Below the pieces are notes generated by a model. The model worked only from the letters and a program-made list of their open reading frames with translations, made no database searches and was not told the DNA's origin. 64,000 nucleotides of DNA from a bacterium (lineage in GTDB: Bacteria; Elusimicrobiota; JBDRMW01; JBDROU01): NCBI GenBank assembly GCA_043809745.1, contig JBDROU010000046.1:1733-65732 (forward strand), in the 5' to 3' direction. Positions 36,849-45,301 of the stretch are shown here, piece after piece; the first letter of the stretch is position 1, and each line of letters begins with the position of its first letter. Position numbers and translations under genes: made by a program.

Positions 36849-38138
36849 TTATTTTGCTACAGCAATCACTCCGCTTATTAATTCATTATCGACCTTTAGC
36901 TGATATATATATACACCATTTTCCACACGGCTGCCATCATCATCCCGTCCATCCCATTCATGGGGCTGACCCCGAATAGTGCGAATCTTTCTTCCTGTTA
37001 CATCAAATATATTAATATTAATATTTCTGTCAGCCAGACCGTCAAACTGAGCAAAATCATTGTATCCGTCGCTGTTTGGTGTTATTATACGTTCCTTAGG
37101 CCTGTATACGCTCGGCCCCAAAGCACCAAGAGGAAACACACCATAAATGCCAAACCGATTAATTGAAGTGCTTATAAGATTTTTTTCAGTATCTATAACT
37201 CCGCCAACCAGACGCCATTCAAAACCATCCCACCAGCAGATTTTCAAATCAGTTTCTTTAAATCCGGTATAATCTTCTATACCGAAGGGTTCAACGGTAT
37301 CGTAATATAACAGAGTCAGCTTGGCTTGCTTTTGAAGCGCGGTATTGTTCGGGCCGAGTTCATATACCATCACTGGCGGCAATCCGCCTATTCCCGCGCC
37401 ATAAATCAGCGATTCGGCATTTTTTAAAATTCTCAAAGTTAAATCAGTCTTGCTCTGAAGAGCCCCGACAGGCAAATCCAATGAATTTTCACCATCAAAA
37501 GGATTAGCATCAGGGAATATAACCATACCGCCTGAAGCGCTCGCGGATCTAGTTATTTTTCTGCTGATCATTATTGATATATACTCCAACTGCTTTACCG
37601 AACCGCCTGACTGCCCTAAATATTGAATGTTGTTTGAAGCATCCTCAACAGACAGATAGAAATTTATACCCGGCTCTTCTACCATCACTCTCGGAATTTT
37701 AACCTGCCAGGAAAATTCTTTTATGCCTTCGCCTAAAGGGCCCAAAGTAAAGGTCTGCGTCATATTAGCTGCAGCACCTTTACTCTTTCCTGCAATCGAA
37801 GGTGCCCCTGATTTTGATTGTTCTACAGCTAAATTACCATTGCTGGCAACCAACTCCGCGCCCAAAAGTGATTTGTTATCGGATAATGATATGTCTAATA
37901 TAATTTCGTTTACCAGTACACCCTCTTGGGGTATGCCTGAAACACTGACCAACGGAAAGATCGGATCTTCATGGCCCAGCGGAAACAAGACTCCCTCTGA
38001 TATGATAAAACCGGCAGTAAAAGTCAACTTCTGGAGAGATTGAAAATCTCCATGCAATCTAGCATTATTCATAAAGAAAATAATTACAAACGCGACCGAA
38101 GCTGCGGTTATTTTATTCATAATTGTTTTTTTATGCAT
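36849..38138 (-). CDS. Secreted protein with a C-terminal T9SS type-B-like / CHU_C sorting domain
   Basis: Signal peptide. C-terminus 'ITPNSDGYNDFAQFDGLADRNININIFDVTGRKIRTIRGQPHEWDGRDDDGSRVENGVYIYQLKV' matches the TPNGDG.ND ... F.R.G..V ... WDG ... G.Y.Y type-B C-terminal domain. It ends 4 nt before the barrel gene. Confidence 0.55.
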   Translation of the reverse strand: MHKKTIMNKITAASVAFVIIFFMNNARLHGDFQSLQKLTFTAGFIISEGVLFPLGHEDPIFPLVSVSGIPQEGVLVNEIILDISLSDNKSLLGAELVASNGNLAVEQSKSGAPSIAGKSKGAAANMTQTFTLGPLGEGIKEFSWQVKIPRVMVEEPGINFYLSVEDASNNIQYLGQSGGSVKQLEYISIMISRKITRSASASGGMVIFPDANPFDGENSLDLPVGALQSKTDLTLRILKNAESLIYGAGIGGLPPVMVYELGPNNTALQKQAKLTLLYYDTVEPFGIEDYTGFKETDLKICWWDGFEWRLVGGVIDTEKNLISTSINRFGIYGVFPLGALGPSVYRPKERIITPNSDGYNDFAQFDGLADRNININIFDVTGRKIRTIRGQPHEWDGRDDDGSRVENGVYIYQLKVDNELISGVIAVAK

Positions 38139-38157
38139 GCTTTATCACCCGCTTGCA

Positions 38158-38913
38158 CTACTTTACTACTTCGCCGTTTTCATCTATCTTGAACCTGCAG
38201 GAATCTTTTAATACCATCCCTTTATGTAAAAGATTTACTTCAAATTTTGCGGTATACCTGCCTTTATCCAATAACATGTCATCCCACCTGGCAAAAAATG
38301 CCCTTTCCTGATTAGGATATACCGGCCAGCCGTAAGAAATAGGGACCGTTTTAACAACCTTTTTTCCTTTTAATACAGTTACTTTTCCCGTAGGTCTAAT
38401 ATGAACATTCCCTTCATTTTTCAGAACTACAGCAGCAGTGTACCCATCTTTCTCTCTACGTACAACACTTTTAGCAATTTCGACTATAGGTTCTTCTGTG
38501 CCTTCAATAAAAACATATAGAGAAACACTCATCATTACGATAAGCTGTGCTTCAGATATTGTTGGCGTAAAAGATATTTTTTCAGCCAACTCGCCCTTTG
38601 CTTCCTTAGGCACCTTAATCTTATATTTAACCACTCGAACTTCATTTGACTTTAAGTTAAATACAGGCGGATCAAAAGACAACCAATCCTTTGCCTCTAT
38701 ACCCTTATTATCTTCCAAAACAAACCAATCGTTTACCTCAATAGCAACTTCCATATCGGAATCTGTAATGTTCTTAACCGAATACTCACCCGCGTATTCG
38801 CCTTCGGGAGGTATTCTCAACTCCAATCTCAAAGGCGATATCTCCAGTTGCTGTGAAGCAAACAGCGATAAAGAACAGGATATCAATATAGTAAAAATTA
38901 ATAATTTTTTCAT
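38158..38913 (-). CDS. Periplasmic hypothetical protein, possibly PapD/MSP-like beta-sandwich (chaperone-like)
   Basis: Signal peptide. 'LEISPLRLELRIPPEGEYAGEYSVKNITDSDMEVAIEVNDW' loosely resembles the PapD N-domain pattern. No usher gene is present. Overlaps the upstream GH gene by 4 nt. Confidence 0.3.
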   Translation of the reverse strand: MKKLLIFTILISCSLSLFASQQLEISPLRLELRIPPEGEYAGEYSVKNITDSDMEVAIEVNDWFVLEDNKGIEAKDWLSFDPPVFNLKSNEVRVVKYKIKVPKEAKGELAEKISFTPTISEAQLIVMMSVSLYVFIEGTEEPIVEIAKSVVRREKDGYTAAVVLKNEGNVHIRPTGKVTVLKGKKVVKTVPISYGWPVYPNQERAFFARWDDMLLDKGRYTAKFEVNLLHKGMVLKDSCRFKIDENGEVVK

Positions 38914-41900
38914 GGCACAAAAAACTCCAATATTAACTTGGTTGTTTTATACTCATTGGGTGTTGAAGCCCTTTTGAAATCAGCCGCAATGTAAAGATAG
39001 TTAGGTGAAGTTGCCAAACCATGCTCTAAAGCTTGTCCTCCAAACTGAATACCTTCATTATCCCATATGGTCTGGTAATAATCACCATTAATAAAAGCTT
39101 CGTTTAAATCTGTTTGGGGATTATCTTTTGTATTAATGTCTTTGAACCATAAAAAGCCGTTCTCAAAATAAGAACTGTTTGTTGCTAGGTCAAGCCTCTG
39201 GTCGGGGATTTCCACCGGCACAACTTCCAGTTCATCAGTTATCTTCCAGCAAACAGGCAGTTTAGCCATAGAATTTGCACTTACTATCCCTGACGGATCT
39301 TGTATATTGTCCAGATCACCGGGATCTAAAGGGTATGGCGGCGAAGAATTTACATTATCGGTGTAAATCTGAATCCCCCAGGTAAGAGCTCCAGGGTCAG
39401 TTTCAATTTGAATATACTGGTTTGCAACAGTCCATGCAGAAGTCATCGTACTATTCCAGGTAATCTCATCTGCTTCTAAGTTATCGCTGACATTCTTTAT
39501 CGTGAATTTAACTGCATTGGGATTCCAAAGATCCATAAGCATATTATATGCTTCCCTAACCTCCCTGTAACCTAAAGGGGAGCTGTTGGTTTTTGTAATA
39601 CCCCACCACTCCTCATTCATATTATTCCCGCCGGCATCAAATGTATAGAATAGGTTTGTCCAATCACCCGTTTCATCATGAACATTTATATCACCGGAAC
39701 TTTTCCACCACTCATCAACCCATTCAAACACACAACCGCCGGCGCATACTTTACCAATATTGTCTTCACTTAAGTTTGACGAAATCTCTGCCCACTGCTG
39801 CTGTATATAACTGGCCTGTATGCTCTGAACCTCTTCTTTCGTTATATTATTCAGCCGGTCGCAGCCGAACTCGGTAATCACCAGCGGCTTGTCAGATTTA
39901 GCCGCGTAATTAGTAAATGAAGTCAGAAAAGAAGGGCCGTAATAAATATTCACCGACCAAAGATCTGGATCAGCAACCGCTTCATTTACAAATGATACTT
40001 CAGTAACAGATGTTGAAACCGGGTGTGAGACAACACCTTCTTCCGCATGAGCAGCTGAAACACAACTATTAAAGAAAGTATACCACCCATTAACATCCCC
40101 TGTTTGCTTGCTCACTTCATTACCAAGCTGCCAGAACAAAACAGCAGGATGGTTTTTGTACTTGTTCACGATATTTAAAAAGTCATCGCGGATAGGGTCG
40201 GTTTGCACCGGATTACCCCAATTCGTATTGGGATCAACACTGTGATTAATAATCACAAATAAACCCAGCTCATACAAAACATCTAAAGCAGGGAAAGGCC
40301 CGCCGGTTTGAGCCGGATAAGGATCCGCGAACAATCTTATGGAATTCGCTCCCATTACTTTTATCAAATTAAAATCCGTTTCATAAATATCCGGATTGTT
40401 AGCCCAATCATATCCAAATGTAAAACCGGGAGGCACCGGAGAATAATTAACACCCTTAACCGTAAATGGCTGCCCGTTGACTATAAGCCTGTAACCGTCA
40501 ACATTCACTGAAGCTGCACCTGTCTGTGTGGCTTCTACCTCAATTCGGACATTATCTACATAAAACTTCAAGCCGTTATAAACATCGGGATTGACCATAG
40601 TATCATCCCATGGACTTATAAGAAAAACTATGTCTGTTTTAGAAAAATCCAACCAATCAAACTCAAACGAAGATAAGGGAATGGAAATCTCATGCCACTC
40701 ATTTCTTACGACACCGGTATTATCTCCCTTCATCGGATAGCCGAATAGGCTCACACGTTTTTCCGGACTTTCTATGAAAATTCCCGGATTAAACCTATCC
40801 TCAGCTTTCATTTTAATAACAAAATCCCTAACATAAACATTCGGGACCACATCTCCGACCAAAAGCGAAAATTTCAGTTCACCGGATTTAAAATCTGTGA
40901 GATCAACCGGATCATTCGGCTGAATAAATATGCCGCCGTAATTTGCAGTACCCACTATAATCTCTAAACAATTATCTCCTTCAGGCATAACGGAGCCTAC
41001 ACCAGGCACGATTGTTACGGTATTAGCTACAGGTCCGCCAAAAGCAGGGTCCGGAAAGACTCTTAATTCACTTGAAACAGGAATACCAACATCGCTTAGT
41101 ATGTTATATTTAAAAATCTCAGTAGCAGAATTTACAAAAATCGGGACTGTGTCTGAACCTCCTCCTTGAGCTGCCGTAAGGAAATCAGATCCTATGGTAT
41201 TAGCAGTAACAGAAATAGAAGCCCCTGTTGCAGGATTAATTGATGCTAACCCGTTTATGACCGACCAGGAGGGATTAGCTGAAACCAGCTCATTGTTGAT
41301 GTCGAAACCCCAGGCTTTAAAATCTTTAGATTGACCCGGCGTAAAATATCCCCTCCCCGGAATTATAACAATATCAGTTGGAGATCCCAGATTATAAGAA
41401 GAATATCTTAAATCATCTATATTAAAACTCAGTCCCTCAATGACGCCGGAATATGGAGGTTGGGTATCATTGATAATGTAGAAGAATGAATGTATACGAG
41501 TAAAGTTTACGCCTGTAAAATGCGCCAGCGGTATAGAAATCTGGCGCCATACATTGTCGTCCCTAACACCATAATCGTATAATCTAAGGTTTTTTTCTTG
41601 TATAGTACCTGAAAGATTTTTGCTCTGTATGCCGATTTTAAGCATGCTGACATTATCCAGCGTGTGATGGAGGTCAGACTTAACCCAGAACTTTATGTAG
41701 CTATAAGCTGACATATCCTTAATATCCGATAATTCTTCCGTTCCGTTTCCGTTAGCATCGCTTCTAACAGCCATGCCGAACCAGGTTCCTCCGCTTATAT
41801 TTACACCTTTGAAGCTATGTCCTCCCTGCATATAATCGACATTATCACCGGTGGTATATGCGCTTGTTACAAGATTCCACCAAAACTGAAACTGAGCATT

Positions 41901-42053
41901 TGCTTCTGGCCCACCTAGAATTGCGCCGGCATGTCCGCTGCTCAAGACACCATAATTATCAGCAAATGCAATACTTATTAGAGGGGAATAAAAAAAACCT
42001 AACCCCAGAATTAGCCAAAAATAACGGATTTTATTACGGGTGTAGGTTTTCAT
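38910..42053 (-). CDS. Large secreted clan GH-A (TIM-barrel) glycoside hydrolase with an unknown N-terminal region and an unknown ~220-aa C-terminal domain
   Basis: Signal peptide 'MKTYTRNKIRYFWLILGLGFFYSPLISIAFA'. Central 'VKGVNYSP...ANSIRLF...FWQLGNEV' (acid/base NE) and 'PLVITEFGCD' (nucleophile TE.G) are GH-A hallmarks (GH2/GH5-like). C-terminus '...LYIAADFKRASTPNEYKTTKLILEFFVP' is homologous to the 42279..43025 protein. Confidence 0.65.
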   Translation of the reverse strand: MKTYTRNKIRYFWLILGLGFFYSPLISIAFADNYGVLSSGHAGAILGGPEANAQFQFWWNLVTSAYTTGDNVDYMQGGHSFKGVNISGGTWFGMAVRSDANGNGTEELSDIKDMSAYSYIKFWVKSDLHHTLDNVSMLKIGIQSKNLSGTIQEKNLRLYDYGVRDDNVWRQISIPLAHFTGVNFTRIHSFFYIINDTQPPYSGVIEGLSFNIDDLRYSSYNLGSPTDIVIIPGRGYFTPGQSKDFKAWGFDINNELVSANPSWSVINGLASINPATGASISVTANTIGSDFLTAAQGGGSDTVPIFVNSATEIFKYNILSDVGIPVSSELRVFPDPAFGGPVANTVTIVPGVGSVMPEGDNCLEIIVGTANYGGIFIQPNDPVDLTDFKSGELKFSLLVGDVVPNVYVRDFVIKMKAEDRFNPGIFIESPEKRVSLFGYPMKGDNTGVVRNEWHEISIPLSSFEFDWLDFSKTDIVFLISPWDDTMVNPDVYNGLKFYVDNVRIEVEATQTGAASVNVDGYRLIVNGQPFTVKGVNYSPVPPGFTFGYDWANNPDIYETDFNLIKVMGANSIRLFADPYPAQTGGPFPALDVLYELGLFVIINHSVDPNTNWGNPVQTDPIRDDFLNIVNKYKNHPAVLFWQLGNEVSKQTGDVNGWYTFFNSCVSAAHAEEGVVSHPVSTSVTEVSFVNEAVADPDLWSVNIYYGPSFLTSFTNYAAKSDKPLVITEFGCDRLNNITKEEVQSIQASYIQQQWAEISSNLSEDNIGKVCAGGCVFEWVDEWWKSSGDINVHDETGDWTNLFYTFDAGGNNMNEEWWGITKTNSSPLGYREVREAYNMLMDLWNPNAVKFTIKNVSDNLEADEITWNSTMTSAWTVANQYIQIETDPGALTWGIQIYTDNVNSSPPYPLDPGDLDNIQDPSGIVSANSMAKLPVCWKITDELEVVPVEIPDQRLDLATNSSYFENGFLWFKDINTKDNPQTDLNEAFINGDYYQTIWDNEGIQFGGQALEHGLATSPNYLYIAADFKRASTPNEYKTTKLILEFFVP

Positions 42054-42278
42054 ATTATCGCTCCATTAGCAACTGATATCAAAAAACTCTCTAGAGATCA
42101 CTCTACTGCTAAAACGCTCATTATATGTCGCTGCCGCGATATTGAGCGCACCACAAGCATCCCGCACTTCAGCAAGCTCAATATCAAGACTATCCAAAAG
42201 GATCTCTACCGGGCATTTCTTCTACCCCAATTTTTGGAATCGAGGTAGAAGATAAAACCCAATATTTTTCAAACTAAA

Positions 42279-43025
42279 TTACTGCCAGAACAACTCCATC
42301 GTTAGAGTGTTGGTCTTATACGTGTTTGGAGTTGATGCGTTTTGAAACTTAGCGGCTAAGTATACAAATGCTGTATTATCAGCCGGTTGAAAATAATCAA
42401 ATGTAGCTTCCGCATGGTGAATTCCGCCATACTGATTCCAAACTGTAATATAATCCTCACCGTCAAGAAACGCGGTTGATCCGCCTACAGCCAATGTGGC
42501 TCTATCCTTCATCCACAGAAACGGGTAGTAATCTGCCGCGAAACCATCTAGTGTAAGATTGTTTGTAGCATTTTGAGTAATATTAAGAGCATCTGTTGTG
42601 TCGTCAACCACTCTCCAGGCTAAAGGCAGCATTCCCGCATTCGGATTATCAACAGTCAACAAACCGGCAGGATTGATATCAGCCGGATCTCCAGTAAACT
42701 GAGGGTTTGCTATAGCACTCGTGTTGTTTGTGAAAATCTGGACTCCCCAGCCCGATCTGTTATAAGTGTTGGTGACTTCCAAGTACTGATCTGCGGCCTT
42801 CCAGTCAGTGACCCCAAGAGTAACATCACTCCAGCTCAACTCAGTAGTTGCGGCATCACCTATCCTATTGCGGATTACAACACTCAAAGTTCCGCTGGGT
42901 GCTTCATTGAATACCACGCTGGCAGTGTTAGTCGATCTCAATATTGGCGTAAACGCTGCCAATAACGCGCTTGGTAAAGCAGCTACAAAAGCAAACAAAC
43001 TAACTAAGAAAAGTAACTTCTTCAT
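42279..43025 (-). CDS. Secreted stand-alone paralog of the C-terminal domain of the 1047-aa glycosidase
   Basis: RBS AAGGAGGA, signal peptide 'MKKLLFLVSLFAFVAALPSALLA'. 'WGVQIFTNN...LPLAWRVVDD...VYLAAKFQNASTPNTYKTNTLTMELFWQ' aligns with 'WGIQIYTDN...LPVCWKITDE...LYIAADFKRASTPNEYKTTKLILEFFVP'. Confidence 0.6.
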   Translation of the reverse strand: MKKLLFLVSLFAFVAALPSALLAAFTPILRSTNTASVVFNEAPSGTLSVVIRNRIGDAATTELSWSDVTLGVTDWKAADQYLEVTNTYNRSGWGVQIFTNNTSAIANPQFTGDPADINPAGLLTVDNPNAGMLPLAWRVVDDTTDALNITQNATNNLTLDGFAADYYPFLWMKDRATLAVGGSTAFLDGEDYITVWNQYGGIHHAEATFDYFQPADNTAFVYLAAKFQNASTPNTYKTNTLTMELFWQ

Positions 43026-43422
43026 TTAACTATCCTCCTTAATAATTATTTGTAATTTCACTTCTAAAAACTAAACTTATCCCCCCTTTCATAATATAAT
43101 ATTCTGTATTTCTTTACTATAGTGTACAATAGCGATATTAAGAAAATGTAAAAAAATTGTAAAGTTTTTGTAAAATCTAAAATAACGAAAAACCAGGCCC
43201 AAACATTTTTATGTGGTTGAATCAAGTTTAAATGGGAAGCAGCATATCCTAAAAATACAGGGAACCACATAAAAATAACTTATGTTCTTATAAGATCTCT
43301 ACTACACTCGGCAGGTCTATTAAAATGATCTTTTGGAACCTTAATTATAGTTAATTTAGCTAGGAAGTGTCAAGCATTTTTGATTCTAATTTTAAGCATT
43401 TTTTAGGGAACCCAGAGAAGCT

Positions 43423-44511
43423 TTACAGCAACTCTCTCAATATCTGGTTAGCAAGCATTATCCCCTTTGAAGTTAATGCTACTCTTTCGTTTTTAAAGGC
43501 AACTAATCCCTTCGGCATAAATTCAGAAAGCTTTTCTTTGAGCATATTTTTTTCTTTTTTACTGCAGCGCACACCCTCGGTTAATCTCAACCCTAAAAAG
43601 AATTTCTCTTTGTTCTTACTTTCCTGAGTGATTGTTACAACATCCTCATTCTGGAATTTACCTTCTTGAGCCTGAGAAATATACGCCTTGATATCATTTG
43701 AATTCCTGAACCTCCTGCCCTTTATGTAAGAGCTTGCGCCAACACCTAATCCAGCATATTCTCCGTTCAGCCAGTAATTCAAGTTATGTTTACATTCGCA
43801 CCCGGGCTTAGAAAAATTGGATATTTCGTAATGCAAATATCCATTGCTTAGCAGTAGATCTATTCCCTCTTTATACATATCTGCGGCTAAATCCTGGTCA
43901 ACATGCTGTTTTAGTTCACACATCGGGGAGTCAGGCTCCATTGTTAACTCATATATTGATATATGATTTGGGGCTAAGTTTAATACATTTTTTAAATCAC
44001 TTATCCACTCCCTTAAAGTCTGAAATGGCAATCCAAATATTAAATCAATATTTACAAAATCGAAGCCAAGTATTTTAGCTGTATTAAATGCATTGAGCGC
44101 ATCCTCATTTGAATGAATCCTTCCTAGTATTTTAAGATATTTAGCTTTGCAGCTTTGGAAGCCTAAACTAACTCTATTAACGTTGTTATCCTTCAATAAA
44201 GAGAACTTATCTTTATTTATGCTTTCCGGGTTTGCTTCAAAACTAATTTCTTTTATCCTGCTTAAATCGAATTTGCAATTAAGTATACTGAACAATTTTT
44301 GCAGCTGTTTATTAGAAAGTAAGGAAGGCGTCCCGCCGCCTATATAAATTGTATCCGGCCGAATACACTTCACAGCTCCTGCTTCAATTTCTAAAGCTTT
44401 TAAATAGGGATCAATTAAATATTCTTTTTCTCCGAATGAGGAGTAGGAAGTAAAATCACAATAATTACAGCGCTTTTTGCAAAACGGAATGTGTATATAT
44501 AAACCAACCAT
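43423..44511 (-). CDS. hemW: Radical SAM heme chaperone HemW (HemN-like)
   Basis: 'YIHIPFCKKRCNYCDF' (CxxxCxxC) and an HemN_C region. 362 aa is typical of HemW rather than HemN. Confidence 0.8.
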   Translation of the reverse strand: MVGLYIHIPFCKKRCNYCDFTSYSSFGEKEYLIDPYLKALEIEAGAVKCIRPDTIYIGGGTPSLLSNKQLQKLFSILNCKFDLSRIKEISFEANPESINKDKFSLLKDNNVNRVSLGFQSCKAKYLKILGRIHSNEDALNAFNTAKILGFDFVNIDLIFGLPFQTLREWISDLKNVLNLAPNHISIYELTMEPDSPMCELKQHVDQDLAADMYKEGIDLLLSNGYLHYEISNFSKPGCECKHNLNYWLNGEYAGLGVGASSYIKGRRFRNSNDIKAYISQAQEGKFQNEDVVTITQESKNKEKFFLGLRLTEGVRCSKKEKNMLKEKLSEFMPKGLVAFKNERVALTSKGIMLANQILRELL

Positions 44512-44514
44512 CTC

Positions 44515-45273
44515 TTATTTTATAATTCTAATTCTTTTTAACGGCCAGTAAAGGAGTAATGCTTCTCCCCTGAGCTTCTTAAAATCCAGAGGCCCCCAGA
44601 AACGGCTGTCGAAAGACCTATCACGGTTATCACCCATTACAAAGTAGTGATTATCAGGAACAATAACCGGACCAAAATTATCCCTTATTAAATAATACGG
44701 GAGTTTTTCAAATTTATCATCTTCCCATGCTTTTTGGTATTCTGCGCTATCATAGTAGGGCATCTGTGCCGGAAATGTTTTATCATCCAAATGCTGTTTG
44801 TATTTCTCATCAACAGCCTCTCCGTTTACAAAAAGCTGTTTATTCCTAATCTCAATTTTATCTCCCGGCAAACCCAAAGCTCTTTTGATAAAATCCTTGC
44901 CGTAATGAGGATTATCTTTATCTTTAGCAGGATATCTGAATATTACAATATCACCGCGTTTTATTTTTTTAAGCTTTAAAATCTTTTTTTCAGTGAACGG
45001 TATTCTTGTGCCATAAACAAACTTGTTCACAAATAAATGATCGCCTTCAAGCAGCGTCGAAGCCATTGAAAGAGATGGTATCTTAAATGCTTGAATGAAA
45101 AAATACATAATAAAAGCAGCCATAAATATGGCTGAGAATCCGGTATCAAGCCATTCAACTACTTCAGCATATATTTTTCTCCATCGATCATTATCAAACC
45201 GTTTCTTAAAACGCCTTAATATTATATTCACCAAAAGTATTACGCATCCAGCATAGAAAAGTTTTGCTTCCAT
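44515..45273 (-). CDS. lepB: Signal peptidase I
   Basis: 'SMASTLLEGD' (Ser nucleophile), 'IKRALGLPGDKIEI' (Lys) and 'GDNRDRSFDSRFWG' box E. Confidence 0.9.
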   Translation of the reverse strand: MEAKLFYAGCVILLVNIILRRFKKRFDNDRWRKIYAEVVEWLDTGFSAIFMAAFIMYFFIQAFKIPSLSMASTLLEGDHLFVNKFVYGTRIPFTEKKILKLKKIKRGDIVIFRYPAKDKDNPHYGKDFIKRALGLPGDKIEIRNKQLFVNGEAVDEKYKQHLDDKTFPAQMPYYDSAEYQKAWEDDKFEKLPYYLIRDNFGPVIVPDNHYFVMGDNRDRSFDSRFWGPLDFKKLRGEALLLYWPLKRIRIIK

Positions 45274-45301
45274 ATTTAATCACAACCTCCTTTAATATTT
45301 T

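Noticed and set aside
39641-40511. Plus-strand ORFs of 67-78 aa
   Set aside because: They are antisense within the 1047-aa glycosidase gene.
43026-43422. AT-rich spacer with ATGTGGTT...AACCACAT inverted repeat (43211-43270) and possible promoter for the 248-aa gene
   Set aside because: The arms are short (8 bp) with a 44-nt loop in a very AT-rich region. It is indistinguishable from chance, and I could not identify a convincing -35/-10 pair.
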